Below, piece by piece: positions 12,401-26,113 of a stretch of 64,000 nucleotides of DNA (its first letter is position 1; each line of letters starts with the position of its first letter). The notes beneath the pieces were generated by a model. That model saw nothing but the letters and a program-made list of their open reading frames with translations, did not search any database and was not told the origin of the DNA. Made by a program: the position numbers and the translations under genes. The stretch is from NCBI GenBank assembly GCA_002633005.1, contig NMRA01000153.1, forward strand, positions 454,158-518,157, in the 5' to 3' direction. The stretch comes from Phoronis australis (taxonomy: Eukaryota > Animalia > Phoronida).

Positions 12401-12561
12401 CGAACTACCTCGACAACTGGAAGAGCATCGCTGTGCTTAAAGGTGATGGTTCGAGTGTACCCGACCTTGCCCAGCCATCGGGTATTGCTGCACATAACCC
12501 CAGGTACCGTCGAGCCTCCGCACCTGTCAGTGGTCCTTCTATGCGTGATGCCCATCTGTAG
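12401..12561 (+). CDS. SEH1L: SEH1 exon 9 (terminal; stop TAG 12559-12561); spliced CDS 1086 nt, 361 aa
   Basis: (A)NYLDNWKSIAVLKGDG...; AATAAA at 12762. A possible internal donor after 12503 makes the extreme C-terminus uncertain. Confidence 0.85.
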
Positions 12562-13298
12562 AATGCCCTGTCTTCAAGCTTGTAGTACTGTGGCTAATGT
12601 ATGCTGTTGTATTGAGTGGATCTTGCTTCTCTCTCTTGAGGGTATCAGTGTATCTTGCTTCTCTCTCTCTAGAGGGTATTCTTTGTAGTTGTTATTGCTT
12701 TTAGTTCTATCTGTGCACCACAGAGTTACTGTAGTTGGGGGCTACACTCGGTGCATGCATAAATAAATGGGTTAAGCGAAGGCAGCTCATTTCTTTGAAT
12801 TCCTAAACGTAGTTTGTAGTGGGAAATCCAGCCAAATAGGCAATCGATGAATTCCACTCTTTTCTTTTTGTAAACGTGTGACATTTGGAATGTTTGCTCA
12901 CTGTATTAAAAAGTCTTCCAAACAAAAAATAGAATTTTCAAGAAAGCCCTTGATGTGGCATTGAAGTTTCTGAATCCTTGTTTTCTAACCATTTTGGCCA
13001 GTTTTGAATTGTTTGGAAGATTTCATGATTTTTCACAGAGCTTTGAATTTTTTCCATGAACACATTTTGGTTGTTGGCATTTGATTGCCAAGTTTTCAGA
13101 CTTTCCTGGTGACACCAGTTAAACAGTGCTGTAGTGGGGCGTAGACACTCGTAGGCGCAGCCAACCACCTTTTGGCATTTGAATGTAGCGCCTATGCTCC
13201 GTAAGTTATGTTCAGCGCTCAAGGTGATGGGGTGGGAATTGGGCGCCTACTTACCTCTAATTTTACCACTATAGCACTGAAGTTAAATATTTGCGCAT

Positions 13299-14094
13299 CT
13301 TAAGGTTTTTTATATCCGGGACATAAATCATGATATGTTTCAATGCATAACACGAATTGTAGCTGTCTTATTCGCTTAACTCGGATCCAAGAACTTTAAC
13401 GGAAATGAGATGGGGTGTCCTGCTTTTTTAAGATGTTATCGTTTACAGTCTGTATTCAGTGTCAATTTTACTGCATCAATTTGCAAGTTAAACACGTTCT
13501 GTCTTATTTGTCTCGTAGCATTCCTTTGCATTTTATGTCGGGTGTTGGTAATACTAAACAGTTCGTCTTGATTTTCGTGCTTTTTATTGGTATGACCTTT
13601 CTCCCTTTCACCACCGCTTCTGTTAAAGTTATGTAAGACCCTTGGAAAATATCCTAATTTGACTAACTTTGAACATCATATCTCAGAAACGGTTGATTGA
13701 AAACGTATGAAACTTTCAGATAACATGCTTTTGTTAGGAATTGTTGTAAGATGTCCCTTTTTGCATGAGGGGCTATCAAAAAATAGGACTTCGTGATTTT
13801 TATAAAAAAATCAAAATTCGCGTGAAAGAAAAACAGAATTTTGAGATTTTATCTTGAACATTAGTATCAAACAAAATTTACCCATGTTCTTGACATTGTT
13901 GTTTTGTTATGAATGTACCTTTCTTTTGGCTAAATTTTACTGAAATGCATGGTCACGTGACCCAATGACAGATTGGTATAAAGTCGAAAATCAAATTGTA
14001 GGGGCTTTCAACTTTCAATTAATGAGTTTAAATCTTCATTTTTGAAGATATTTGGCTAAATACGTTCTTTTCGATAAGGTCCTGCGTAACCTAC
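13299..14094. mobile_element. Dispersed repeat, probably a non-autonomous DNA transposon; inverted copy near 49207-49725
   Basis: Blocks such as CATATCTCAGAAA...ACTTTCAGA and CGATAAGGTCCT match 49210-49670 in reverse complement; ends approximate. Confidence 0.55.
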
Positions 14095-14140
14095 ATTTTT
14101 GTTTTTATTCTTTGTGTGGTCTTTGTTTCGTCGAAGAAGC

Positions 14141-14430
14141 CAACTTTTGATTCAGACCACTTGCCACTATATAGCTAGTCTCGACTAGTTAATAACTTGG
14201 ATAAGAAGATAAGAAGTGATTTTTGGTCTTTCACAGAACTGACAGTTTATTATTGCCTAAGACTGTGCTCGGAGCACAAAATGACACGCCACGACACACC
14301 AACTTGTAGAGCCTGGTCTTGAGCAATAATTAACTGTCGGTTCTTTCCAAGACCCGAAATCAAGAACAACATGACTAAAGAACAATTTTTGATCAATTTC
14401 ATAATGATAAGTGGTCTAAATCAAAAGTTG
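14141..14430. mobile_element. Palindromic MITE
   Basis: 22-bp TIRs CAACTTTTGATT(C/T)AGACCACTT (21/22 match) plus inner inverted arms; related copies at 17121-17708 and about 18910-19125. Confidence 0.7.
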
Positions 14431-17120
14431 TATTTTGTGATGTGAGATGGATGTGTAGCTGGTTTAAACTACATCTTAAAAGAGGAACTCAACTTGGCTT
14501 TGCAAGTAAAAAAATGAGTCTTAACTGAATGACAATTACATCTCGACTGCTAGAATGGTCTTGCATCACGTTTAGATAGACATAACATCCGTGTGACGCA
14601 GGGCCGCTTGGTGGTTGTTTTGTAATCTCAGTAATTGCCACTTGACTGACACTTTTCGTATTAACTAACATTGAGAGAAAATATCACTAACTAAAAACTT
14701 GTATGAATTGGTGTTGGTCATACTCCTTATTTTTCCCAAAGGTTGAAGAGAAGTATTTGTTGACATTTTACAATTACCAAACTGAGTTTAGTACCTCTTT
14801 CAAGATTGTGTTTTATGTTGGGGAAAAAGTCACGTTTCATCAGTTTCACGGGAAGTAACTCTGATCTCTTTCTCTGTGTTAATAAATACACTTGTGGAAT
14901 TTGTAGTTTTGTTTCTGTTTAGTTAATTTTTTCTGTTGCCTGTGTTGTTTCTTTCTGTTGCCTGTATCATTTCACCGCGCATCTGTGTTTCTGCTGAAAT
15001 AATCACTGCTGATAATTGACCATCGTGACATTCAGGTGCAATGTCAGGAGTTGAGCTTTGAATGAAGACCCTTCATTTGTGGTGTCTTGGTAACAGTGGA
15101 AAACATCCACTCTCTTCTAACTACAACTATTGCATTCAGTCGTGTATTTTTTGCTTTTAGCAAGAATTACTATATTTAGTGAGGTTCAGCAATACCAACC
15201 TTACTGTGTAACCTCCAAATACAAATACTGTGACAAATCTGACGTTCCCTTTTTTGTCCACCCAACTGTCTTGCCTTCTAAGTGGGATGAAGGTCTTCAA
15301 TAGTGTTTGGTTTGTGTTATTGCCCTGGACGTTCGTGTGGATAAATTTTCTTGTGCTTTACACGTGATACTTTTGGTGTAGTGAATTCTATGTGTATGAC
15401 TAAGCATTAAAGCTATTAACATGAACCTGTCTGTCGCCTATCAGCGAGCTGACTAGAGTAACTTGGACTTCTTGTTAGATTTTCTACGACCCCAAGCAAA
15501 GAGTCAATCCTGTAGGAGAATGAGTCGGGAAATGTTGAGTAAATTTCAAAAAAATTGGCAGCCCTGAAGGAAACCAAATGAAAATTAACTCGTTGAAAAT
15601 GAGCTCTGAAATTTCATGACTATTTTTGGAAAACTACAGCAGCACTCCAATGAGTACAGTGGACTTCTGAGTATGGTAAAATCTTGCAATTTTGAATGGA
15701 TGCAATTGTCAAAATCGACTTTTTTCTTTTAAGGTATTTTACCATTGTTGTGAAGGTAGTCAGTTTTCAAAAATACTGTCTTTTGGTAGCTATGATGCAA
15801 AGCTTTTAGGAAAATATTGATCAAAAGTTCATGAGTCTGCCATAATTTGTCCCAAGTTGGAGAGAATTTACCGACCCATTTTGGCAAGAGTCTAAATTTG
15901 AGTTAGGAAATGAAATGTTGTCCCTACACCGTTGTGTGCGTGTATTGCTACTGGTTATCATTCACCCACTAATCTGCTTATTTGACTTGTCACAACTTAA
16001 CACAAAATGTATGAAAGTCACATTACTGTAATTAGAACTGACAGTGTGTTTGTATTTTGTTTATGACTCACAAATTGAAATTTCATGTTCATTATGGGTG
16101 CCAGCTTCTGTTTTAAACATTGTGTCTTCCAAAATCTTGTGAAAATACCAGAAACATTTTACAAGACCTCCATAAACTCCTCTGCGAACAGTCCTAGAGA
16201 TCACGCCGCTGATATCTACTTTTTCATTCGCTTCTTTCTCTCTACCAATAATTCTAAGTTTGTACGTTGTTAACTTTATTTGATGTTGTTTAACTCAAAG
16301 TGTTTATTTTAACTGTGGCCAATGGCATAGCTTGGGGAGTGGGGGTGATCTGCCCCCCCATGCAAACCCATTGTTTGTAATTTTGTTGTTTTTGAGTATT
16401 GCTCGTAGTGTATATTGTACATTGTACTTTATGAGTACCTTTAGACTTTATTGTGACTGAGCCCATGATCTTCTTGGCAGGAAATCCAAGACTAAGTCAA
16501 CCTCCTTAATTTCACTTGAAGGAGTTAGTGAGCCTTCAGCACCAGTCTGACTACATTATGTTATTATTTTAAAGGTCTAACGATGTTCTTAGTAAGTTGC
16601 CAAGAAGCATTTCTGGGTTCTTCTAGAAAACAAAATGTAATTCTTTGATTTTATTTTGTGGTTCAGTTCGCTTTGGTTTGCTTGAATTGCTGGCGCGTTT
16701 GCTGAGGGCTTCTAGAGGTTTGTGTCGATTGCACGTACTTGTGTCACTTGTACTCACAAAACTGCTACCCTTACCAAAATTAAAGAAATCTCACAGAAAC
16801 GCACATGTTTGCTGTGTCTTTATTAATTCAGTGAACTTTCAAAGGAATGTGACCTATTCTTGTGATTACTGGTATTTAAAAGTTTAAGATTTATCTTGAA
16901 ACGGTTTCAATTCAGACATTTCCGCTATTACTTATTAAACACGAACTCTGGGTTCAGTACCAAACTTTTCCTGGTTATTCCGCACTGTGTATTTTTGCTA
17001 ATTTTCTATTTCAAGTTTATTAGTTTCCACTGAATTGATATGACACAGTGTAATTGTGTAATTTAATTGTATTTGAAATCAGTATGGTAAAGTGGCATAA
17101 AACCCGTGTTTTCTGTCAAC

Positions 17121-17708
17121 AAGCAAGTTTTGATTTGGGTCAGGTACCGTCATCTTGAAATCGATCTCGGATTTTTCCTTAGTCAAAATAAGTGTTGTAG
17201 TTTCTAGTCCTGGAAAGAAGTGACAATAGTTATTTCTTCGGACAAGGCTCATGAAATTTCAGGTCACCTGATGAGCTTGCTCTGATCATATAAAGAACTT
17301 TAAGCTCTTTCCAAACCAGCCCCATAAGTCAATTTAAGCTCTCTCCAAGCCAGCCCCATAAGTCAATTTAAGCTCTCTCCAAGCCAGCCCCATAAGTCAC
17401 TTTAAGCTCTCTCCAAGCCAGCCCCATAAGTCAATTTAAGCTCTCTCCAAGCCAGCCCCATAAGTCAATTTAAACTCTCTCCAAGCCAGCCCCATAAGTC
17501 AATTTAAGCTCTCTCCAAACCAGCCCCATAAGTCAATTTAAACTCTCTCCAAGCCAGCCCCATAAGTCAATTTAAGCTCTCTCCAAACCAGCCCCATAAG
17601 TCAATTTAAACTCTCTCCAAGCCACCCCCATAAGTCAATTTTAAACTGAGTAAGGAACAAGACGAGACCAATTTTATCACGGCGAGTGGACTAAATCAAA
17701 ACTTGCTT
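17121..17708. mobile_element. MITE of a related family hosting a 34-bp minisatellite
   Basis: Left end AAGCAAGTTTTGATTTGGGTCA pairs with right end TGGACTAAATCAAAACTTGCTT. Confidence 0.6.
17299..17638. repeat. 34-bp minisatellite x10 (TTTAAGCTCTCTCCAAGCCAGCCCCATAAGTCAA)
   Basis: 340 bp = 10 near-identical units. Confidence 0.95.
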
Positions 17709-17744
17709 TTTTGAAAAATTAGTCAAGTTTATGGTAATAATTCT

Positions 17745-18095
17745 CTAGTTTGGAAAGTCTCTAAAATTTGGGACATGGAATTTCAACCTGAAATAGAATT
17801 TTCTTGATTCAAAGATTCGGACAGGGTCGATTATGGTATTCGTCATATGTCTCATATTTCAGACACTGTATTTTGAAAATGTGCTTGGCAGTTCATAAAA
17901 CTGTCAAAAAGAATAGCTGCCAGCACAACCTTTTCATGCATTCTCATAGTGGTGTAGCATCAAGGAGAATGATCGTTTATCAGTGATCGTTGTTCTAAAT
18001 TTGGGACGGCCAATGTCGCCTATTTCTAGAAATTGGTACAAGTTCCAACTTGAACAAAAAATCTTTTTCCATTGCTCCAAACTGGAAAATCTGCC
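17745..18095. mobile_element. Dispersed repeat; related copy at about 27850-28190
   Basis: Both share AGTCTCTAAAATTTGGGACA and downstream blocks. Confidence 0.5.
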
Positions 18096-19400
18096 ATAAG
18101 GCTGCTGTAATGAATTGTGTGCCACAAATATCTTAATGAACTAACTAGATCAAAGAACACCTCTTGGACACTATAAAGCTTCTTCAATAGCCACATTAAA
18201 ATACCACAATGCCACTCTGATTCTCTGACAATTACCCACAATGCTGTGCATTAGCAGGGCACTTCTCTCATTGGTTATAGCTGCCGTGCATTTTACAATT
18301 TTACATCAAAATTATTTCTTCAATCTAGTACCAATAATGCTTTGTTGGTAAACAGTGAGTTGCAATGTAGACACCACAAGTTGACAGTCTGAGTGGGCGC
18401 AATATGTCATTCTTTACTTTTCCAACTCCAGCTCAGCAGAATGTTGGCAGATCAAACCTTTTCAAAACTGCTAGTAGATCAATCGAACAGTGTATTTTCT
18501 TAACTCTCTAAAAAGGGGAGTTGCTTTTAGCACAAAATGATGGACATGAAATTTTGCTAAAATTTTCAGCAAAAAAATAATGTGAGAAATTTGTTTTATT
18601 GGTATTATAGTTTGCACTGTACGCTTGTCATCAAACTACTGATAGTAGTATTTTGAGCATTTACGCTTTAAGAAATAAACCATCATTTTTCCAATTGCCT
18701 TTGTTCAAACTTGAAGAAGTTTTGTTCCTTCTCTCTTAGATGTTAGTCTGATGTGTCCTATGCTCTTTGTCTATCGCTTGTGCTATTCCCAGCACTTACA
18801 TGCTTTCTGGTGTGCTGCCCTTGTTCTATGGTGATATCCAAGAAGTGAACTTATGGTTTAGAGCACTTAATAAGCTTTAACATTGCTCTCATCTTGTTTG
18901 TTACTAGCACGAGAAGTGATTTTTGGGTTTGCAAAGAACTAGTTTGTTATTCAAAAGAGACTGTGATTACGCAGTGTGACAAACCAACCTGTATAGAGCT
19001 TTATCTCCAGTAGTAACGAGCGGACAGTTTTTAGTTCTTTAGAATGCCTGAATCATTTCTACTTTGACTAAGGAATAATTTGAAACCAATTTCCTAAAGG
19101 CAAGTGCTCTAAATCAAAGTTATTTTTGTAATGGAAGGCAAGTTCATAGCTGCGTTAAAAGGTAACATCTCGCCAATTTAAGACAAACTATGGTGGAAAG
19201 GTGTAATTTTATCCTCCCCTTTTTGCATAAAAGAGAGACAATGCTAAATGAGTGGTTTACCAGTTTTGAATTTAGTGATAGCTTGACATCAGTTTTAGAG
19301 TTGTCGTGAGCATTCACAACTTTGTTAAAAAAATTTGAGAAACTAAGACAGATCAGTTAGTCAGTTATTGGTGAGATTGTACTTGTAGTTATAGAAACTC

Positions 19401-19658
19401 CATGCGCGCACCTAGCCTAAAAAATGGGGAACTCAAATTTTTGAAAATGTGGCCCTTTTGCAAAGGTTCACGGGGTATGTTCAGACCTATGAATTGTGCA
19501 TCACCGAATTTTGGTAGTTTTTGCCTTTGTAGTGGACTTTTGTCTTGTTTTCTACTTATTTCGGAGTTTTTGTTTCTGTGAGGAGGACCTTTTTGCCCAC
19601 TTCGTCAAATGGGGGGAGGGGTCGTTTGAGCGCCCAAGACCCCCTAGGTGCACGCATG
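19401..19658. mobile_element. 258-bp MITE with 15-bp TIRs and 5-bp TSD (AACTC)
   Basis: CATGCGCGCACCTAG ... CTAGGTGCACGCATG, flanked by AACTC at 19396-19400 and 19659-19663. Confidence 0.8.
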
Positions 19659-20219
19659 AACTCTGGCATGTTATCTGTTGCACTTGTTAGCGTACTGGTC
19701 TAGTTGCAGTGCTGCTTGGTGACTTCTTTTGCTATACTTTGCTTATATATCACTTATCATGCACAAAACTAAATAAATTCTAGTTTTGAAAGGCCGGTTA
19801 CTTTGTTACAAATAATGGAAACTTTACTAAAAGGTTGTTTTTGTGTTATCAACATAGCACAAACCAGCTATTTATAGACTAAATTTGTCTTTGTTTTTTC
19901 AAATTTATCCACAAGATTAAAATCTTGTGGATAAATTTGTCAAAATTGAATTTCACTTGCCAGCCATATTGTGTGGCGAATAAGTGAAGGATTACCGCAT
20001 GTTCAACTTTGTCTGTTGATTATGAACTGACTGTAAAAGGAAATAAACTCATATTTGTTATTTTACTTCATATTATTTTCTTGCTTGCCTGCTTGCAGTT
20101 AAAAATGATGAAAGTTGTTGTAATGCATATGATGTATACGTTAGTTACCTATTCCTTAATTTGTCCCAAATGAATGATGTGTTGTTCAAACTATTCATGA
20201 TGTCTCTTATTAGGTTATT

Positions 20220-21260
20220 TCTATGCACCCACATATACATATGTTGATGCATATTGCCGTTATTTTTGTTTGGGCATCCGACGTTAACTGCTGTATCTCC
20301 TAAACCCCTTGGAGGATCTTTATGAGATTTGGCAGACATTTTTCTATGACCCTGACGACAGATGACAATAACTTTCGGACTGATCCACCTACAGCTATAC
20401 CCTCCAATGGCAATTTTGTTATTTTTACACTCGCCTTTGGTTTTTTGAAGTTCCATGATGGATTTTCATGAAATTTGGCAATAGGTTTCTGACAATGGCG
20501 TACTTTCATTTTGAGATTGTATTAGATATAATGTGTGCCACCTAGTGGACATTTTTATTACTTACAAGTCTGTTTTTTGGCATCCGTCTCTATCTGCCAA
20601 ACTACTTCAAGGATCATTATGAAAAGTTGCTGATGTGTTCCAGCTGAGAAGACCACACCTGTATCTCCTTAACCCCCTGTATGAATCTTTGTGAATTTTG
20701 GCAACTGTTTGATTGTGAATGTGACTATCGGGCAGATTTGGCTACCACTGTGCCCCCTAGTGTTTTTGTTTGCTTTTTATATTTACCACTGTTTCTTTAG
20801 AGTTCCTTGACAAAATTTCATAAAATTGGCGGAAAGTTTTCTATTGAGGAGATAACGCCGCCTTTCTATTTTTGGGCAGATTATACATATCTGTCTCGCC
20901 TAGCAGCCATTTTTATTATTTTCAAATCTGTTTTGGCATGAGCTTCACTATCGGCCAGATGGCCTAATAGGTCATTAAAAATTAGCTAATGTTTTCCTAT
21001 TGACACCAGCTCGACTGGAGTTGATTTTCATATGGGTTGACCACTGTAGCATTATTGCATCCGCAGCTTTATCTCCTGAATTCTTTGCAAGAACTTTGTG
21101 AAATATGATAATTGTATTTCACTGAACGTGGCAGCAGATGAAAACTTCTTTAGACAGATCTGACTACGGCTGTGACTATTCTGTTTTTTCTTTCTGTATC
21201 TTTGGAGTTCCTGGGTGGATTTTCATGACATTTGGCAAATAGCTTTTTATTTTATAGTTT
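20220..21260 (-). mobile_element. Helentron-associated (HINE/DINE-like) non-autonomous element, inverted decayed copy
   Basis: Reverse complement of the terminal hairpin region and internal modules seen at 31540-32240 and 33330-35150. Confidence 0.55.
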
Positions 21261-23440
21261 TTTTATTGACATATTCTCCGCTTCCTAGTGAAAGCATACC
21301 ATTTGCGTTGCAGTTGTGGGTGCATTTCATCGCTTTGGGTTGTTTTTTTTTGTTTTTACAGTATTGCTTATCTATTGAGCAATCCATTTTCTTATAAAAC
21401 TGTTAATTTAATGGACTTTAGAAACTAGATTGGCTATGACATTTAGGGGAGTTGTACCAGTCCAAGTTCGAATTGTTCTGATGAAACACAAGAAAACCAT
21501 GATAAAAAGAGTTATGAAACTGGCCACTTGGGTAAATTGCCATGCTAGGTTTTTCAGTGTTTGTTGTTGCTTTCCACTCGAATCTTCTTAAGAAATTGCT
21601 GGCTTCAGCACTGAGTTTGCTTATTGATGTATGGCCGTCACGGTGCATTCTTCAGACCACACTGCTGCATGGCCGTTTCTGAACAAAGTTAAACCTGACC
21701 CAGAAAAGTTTTCCTTCCCATGAACTTTTGTAAAACTTGTCTGCCTGCCATATATGCTACATTTAGGCTTCTGCGCACATTAACAATGGACTTGTATGTT
21801 CTTATTTACAGGGTTCTAGCAGGGAATGGAGGAAAATATGGAACAACGTGGTAATGCTGGGATTTCAGGAGATCTGCTAATATGAATTTGTTAGATATTA
21901 TTCACTTGCGCATATTTGTAGAGAAACTCAAGAAATGGAAGTTACGTTTAGGAGTGGTGTTGACACCAGATGGCATTTCATTATTTAACTTTCAAGGTCA
22001 AGATTTGTTGTTTCCCTGTCAGTCGACATATTCTATTTTTGTCTGTTAAATCATCTTAGTTATAGGAATTAAAACAGTAATGAAAATGTTGAACATAATG
22101 TACGTTGCAATTAAACCTAGTAATTTTTTATGTGAAAGTAGAAATAGATTTTTGAACTGGCAAGATACATTTGTAAAGGCCATCCATATGGCAATATTTG
22201 ACATTTGGACAATATTTTGTATTGTACTACTTATTTAGACTATTTTTGTAATTTCAAGAAAAATTAAACTCGGTGTTTAATTAATTTTTCCTTTGTCACT
22301 AATAGGGCACTTTATATTGGCGCTCTGTAGAGTAAATTAATGACAACACAAAAGCGACTTCCGATTGATCCCGACTCAGATTTGGTGGATAGTAATTCAA
22401 TAACTACCGAGTGGTTCATTAATTTAAAAGCAGAGTAAATTCCACTGTCAGCGCCTCCTATTGTGCGATTACCTCACTAATTTATTTTAGCTTTTTGACA
22501 CCGGCTGGGATTAAAACTCTCCTGCCTTGTTAGTCACAGGCTGGGAGTGGGAAATGTATGGATCATGATGTTCTGTTCATCCATTGGTGTCTCAGAAGGT
22601 TTGCCTTTTTCGTAAGGCATTAATACATCCCATCGAACTGCAATATAAATTTGCCAGCATAAAAAAGCAGAAAAGGTGTTTAGACCTCCCGTCAGCATTA
22701 CGTTGGATATGTAGATGGCGCTGAATGCTTGTCCACCATTGACCTGATCCCCGTTTGGCGGGATGGTGAATTTCAGTATGGCCGAGGTTTTTCAAGTCAA
22801 CAATTAACCTGGGTAGTATTCTTACATCACTAAAATTGGAATATTCTTAACTTACAGTCCTGTGTGCATGCGCTTCAGAAATGTTCTGTCCGTTTTTTTT
22901 TTTAAGAGCTGCATTTGGCGCATGTTAAGCTATCAGTGTTGAATTCGTAACTGTGCCTCTGTGTTTGAAGCGTTACCAGCTTATTTGGCAATAATTCCAA
23001 GAGCGTAAAAACTCGAACCACATGCAATGCATTTTTGAATACCGTATGCTGGTTTTATGGTTGGCCAACCCTAACATATTATTAAGCATTTTTTCAATTC
23101 AACGATGGCTTTGATGAAATCTTTGCCCATGGAATGTAAACCGTAAATTCTGTCCCATGATTCAGTATTCCAACCTCGCAAAACACTCGTCTGATTTTGT
23201 GGTGTTCAGTGGTCTTGCGTTTCTTCCTTGAATCTCAGGCCTGCACAACACTACCCACCTCTACAAATTACTTTGCAATGGGGAAATATTTCTACAGAAC
23301 TGTCAATTATTTCCACATCCAAAAACCACTTCTTAACTGAGTAAGACCAGTTTTGTAGCGATAAAAGGTCGTAAGTGATAATTTGGTTTCGTTCATTCTG
23401 AGAGCACAAGTATTACACAGCACCAGTTTCTTAGAAATGA

Positions 23441-23446
23441 TTTATT
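23441..23446 (-). terminator. Candidate distal GNAS polyadenylation signal AATAAA (3' UTR about 2.5 kb)
   Basis: TTTATT on the plus strand where composition switches from T-rich to A-rich. Confidence 0.35.
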
Positions 23447-25942
23447 TGTACAGACAACAGAGTGATGTGAGCAACCATGAGCTCCACAGTCTGACTATAC
23501 AACAGATGGAGTCGGGGGCATGACCTGACCAACAACCAACCACAAGTCACTGCTGAACAGGTCAAAGTTCATGTCAATGGGCTGCTCAGAAATAGTTCCC
23601 AACAGCCAGTCTGTCCAGTTGTGTGGTCACGTTTGACATGTAAAGTTATTGCACGGTAGTTTCAACCAGAGCAGAGTGAAAGTCATGTTCTGCTCTGATG
23701 TTGCTAAGTGCTCAAAGTCGCTTTGAAAGTAATCCACTTCATCACAATATTATAATTACATTATTGCTAGTAAACTATTACATGTAGATAACTGTTTGGG
23801 GGTGATATTGACAGAACAAACCCAGTACAAACCTCTAGATTGCAAAACAAAGCGAGATGGACAATAGACAATTAGCACTCCAGAAACGACGCCAAAAACA
23901 GGCTATTGCAAGTGCAAAGCAACAGTTATATTTAAATACGGGGTTCACAACTGAAATTTTTATTTTATGTAATCCAAGTGCTACCGTGACAACAAGAACT
24001 TCCTGCTGACAACTGCGACTTGAAGTGTTCAAGAACGACTAGGTACATGTCGTAGGTCATGCCCTTAAAGAATCTCCAATCCTTACTCGATTATCACAAG
24101 CTGAAATGCAGTGTTACTGAGAAATTACATCAAGTAGCAGGGTTGTTAAACAATGTGATCAGCACTTTAAATCCTTATTCTCCAGCAACATCCGATAAAT
24201 TCAACCGCCAAGGCCAACTTCTCAATACTACAGCATTTCAGTGACGTGACAACACAAACTAACCGTAATACCAACTAGAAAAGCAGAACAGCCGTCGAAA
24301 AGGATGGTAAAAAGCAATGAATACATACAGACAAAACAAGTAATCAAGTAGTTTAGGTCAGACACCAGTCGTGGCTTGACTGGATCAAAACAGCTCAATA
24401 CCACTACTGTGTAACTCGTTCTTCCAGGTCAAAATAGATTATCTCCATCAGCAAGAAAGGGTTATACAACTCAATAGGGGGCACTGCTTCGGAACAATTG
24501 TCGACGATATGTTACAGTTAAAGTGGCTTTACAGAGTGAGGCTTTGACCAAGGTTAAATGAACGCCACTAGCAAGCCACCACAGTGAGAGACTCAATGAC
24601 CTGACAGACTTAATTCTTGGGTATCATAAAATTTACACGGCTTTCTTCTCACTGCCTGGAAGATTCCACTGTGCAACTACGCAACACCATGTAGGGTCAA
24701 AAACCAAAAAAAACTACACCATTCTACACCAAATCACTGGCCTACTAGCATCGCGCAGCTGCGTACGTGACCTTCCACAAACTTGATACGCCATTCCAAC
24801 TTACAGCAAGTCAACCTCGCATCAATTCATACAAACAAATCTGCATAATCTACAAATGATAGTACTCGATGAAAAAATAGCCTATGATTAGAAAACAAAA
24901 TTTTATAATACAAGATAACAGATTGACAAAGTAAATAATGTCGTTCACAACATTTACTGGATTGAGAACAGTCTTCGTTCTGCGGTCTTTTTACACTGAC
25001 ATATAATACTTGGCATGGACAGGGCTTTACGTGTGGATATACGCATCTCATTATAATACAGCTCGTGATTGGTTCACAATGCAGTTCCCCTTCAGCAAAG
25101 GCCAGTCGCTCAAAATGCCAGTTGATCACACTGCCAGGAAACGTTTTCAACAACTTTAAAATTCATTTGCTTTACAACGTGCTGGAATCAACTTAAGGTA
25201 CACAGTTCACGTCGGATGTTACTCTCTTAATTCTGGGCAATTACAAATTAAAAACAGCAGTTTTCCAGTCAGTTTGAATCCATAAGCCAGAAGTAAACCT
25301 GAAGTCTTTTCAAGTCTATCATACCAACATCTAGGGACATATGTCAATTTTCAGAATTCGACATGATCATACAGGTAGATACGTGATTTATGTAAATATA
25401 ATTATATAAATATAACAGATTATCCCTTAGACAACGGCGTTAACGAAATACATATATAAATAATCAAATTCTAACAAAACTTTCAAAACGCCTGTGCTGT
25501 CACAAAAACAGATGGCGGCTTGGTCAATGTCCACTGCCACCACCGTATCGTGGAGCACGACAAGACGGGACAGCACTGCAAATAGAAAGAAACCAGGAAA
25601 GTGGCTGCAAAATTAACCTGCTAGTCCTACTGGGCGACAACGATTAAAAATTTCAATTGCCCAATAGACTTATACAAATACAATTCACAGACCAAACAAA
25701 TGTCAACAGGCGTCTGCCAGTAGTAGGAGCAGACAACATCAACAGACAGATGTCTGCCGCCAGTTGAAGCAGACGTTAAGCCGTTGACGGTGGCACACTA
25801 TGAGCCAGTCAAGATTACTCTCGATGAGGGAGAGGTAACAAAGTGTCCACTCTCATCAGATCTTGGGAGATTGTTTTCTGTTTAATTTACACAAAACCAC
25901 TCGCTGTACACATGATTGGACCAGCGGCAATGTTGGTGGTGA

Positions 25943-26113
<171 letters not shown>

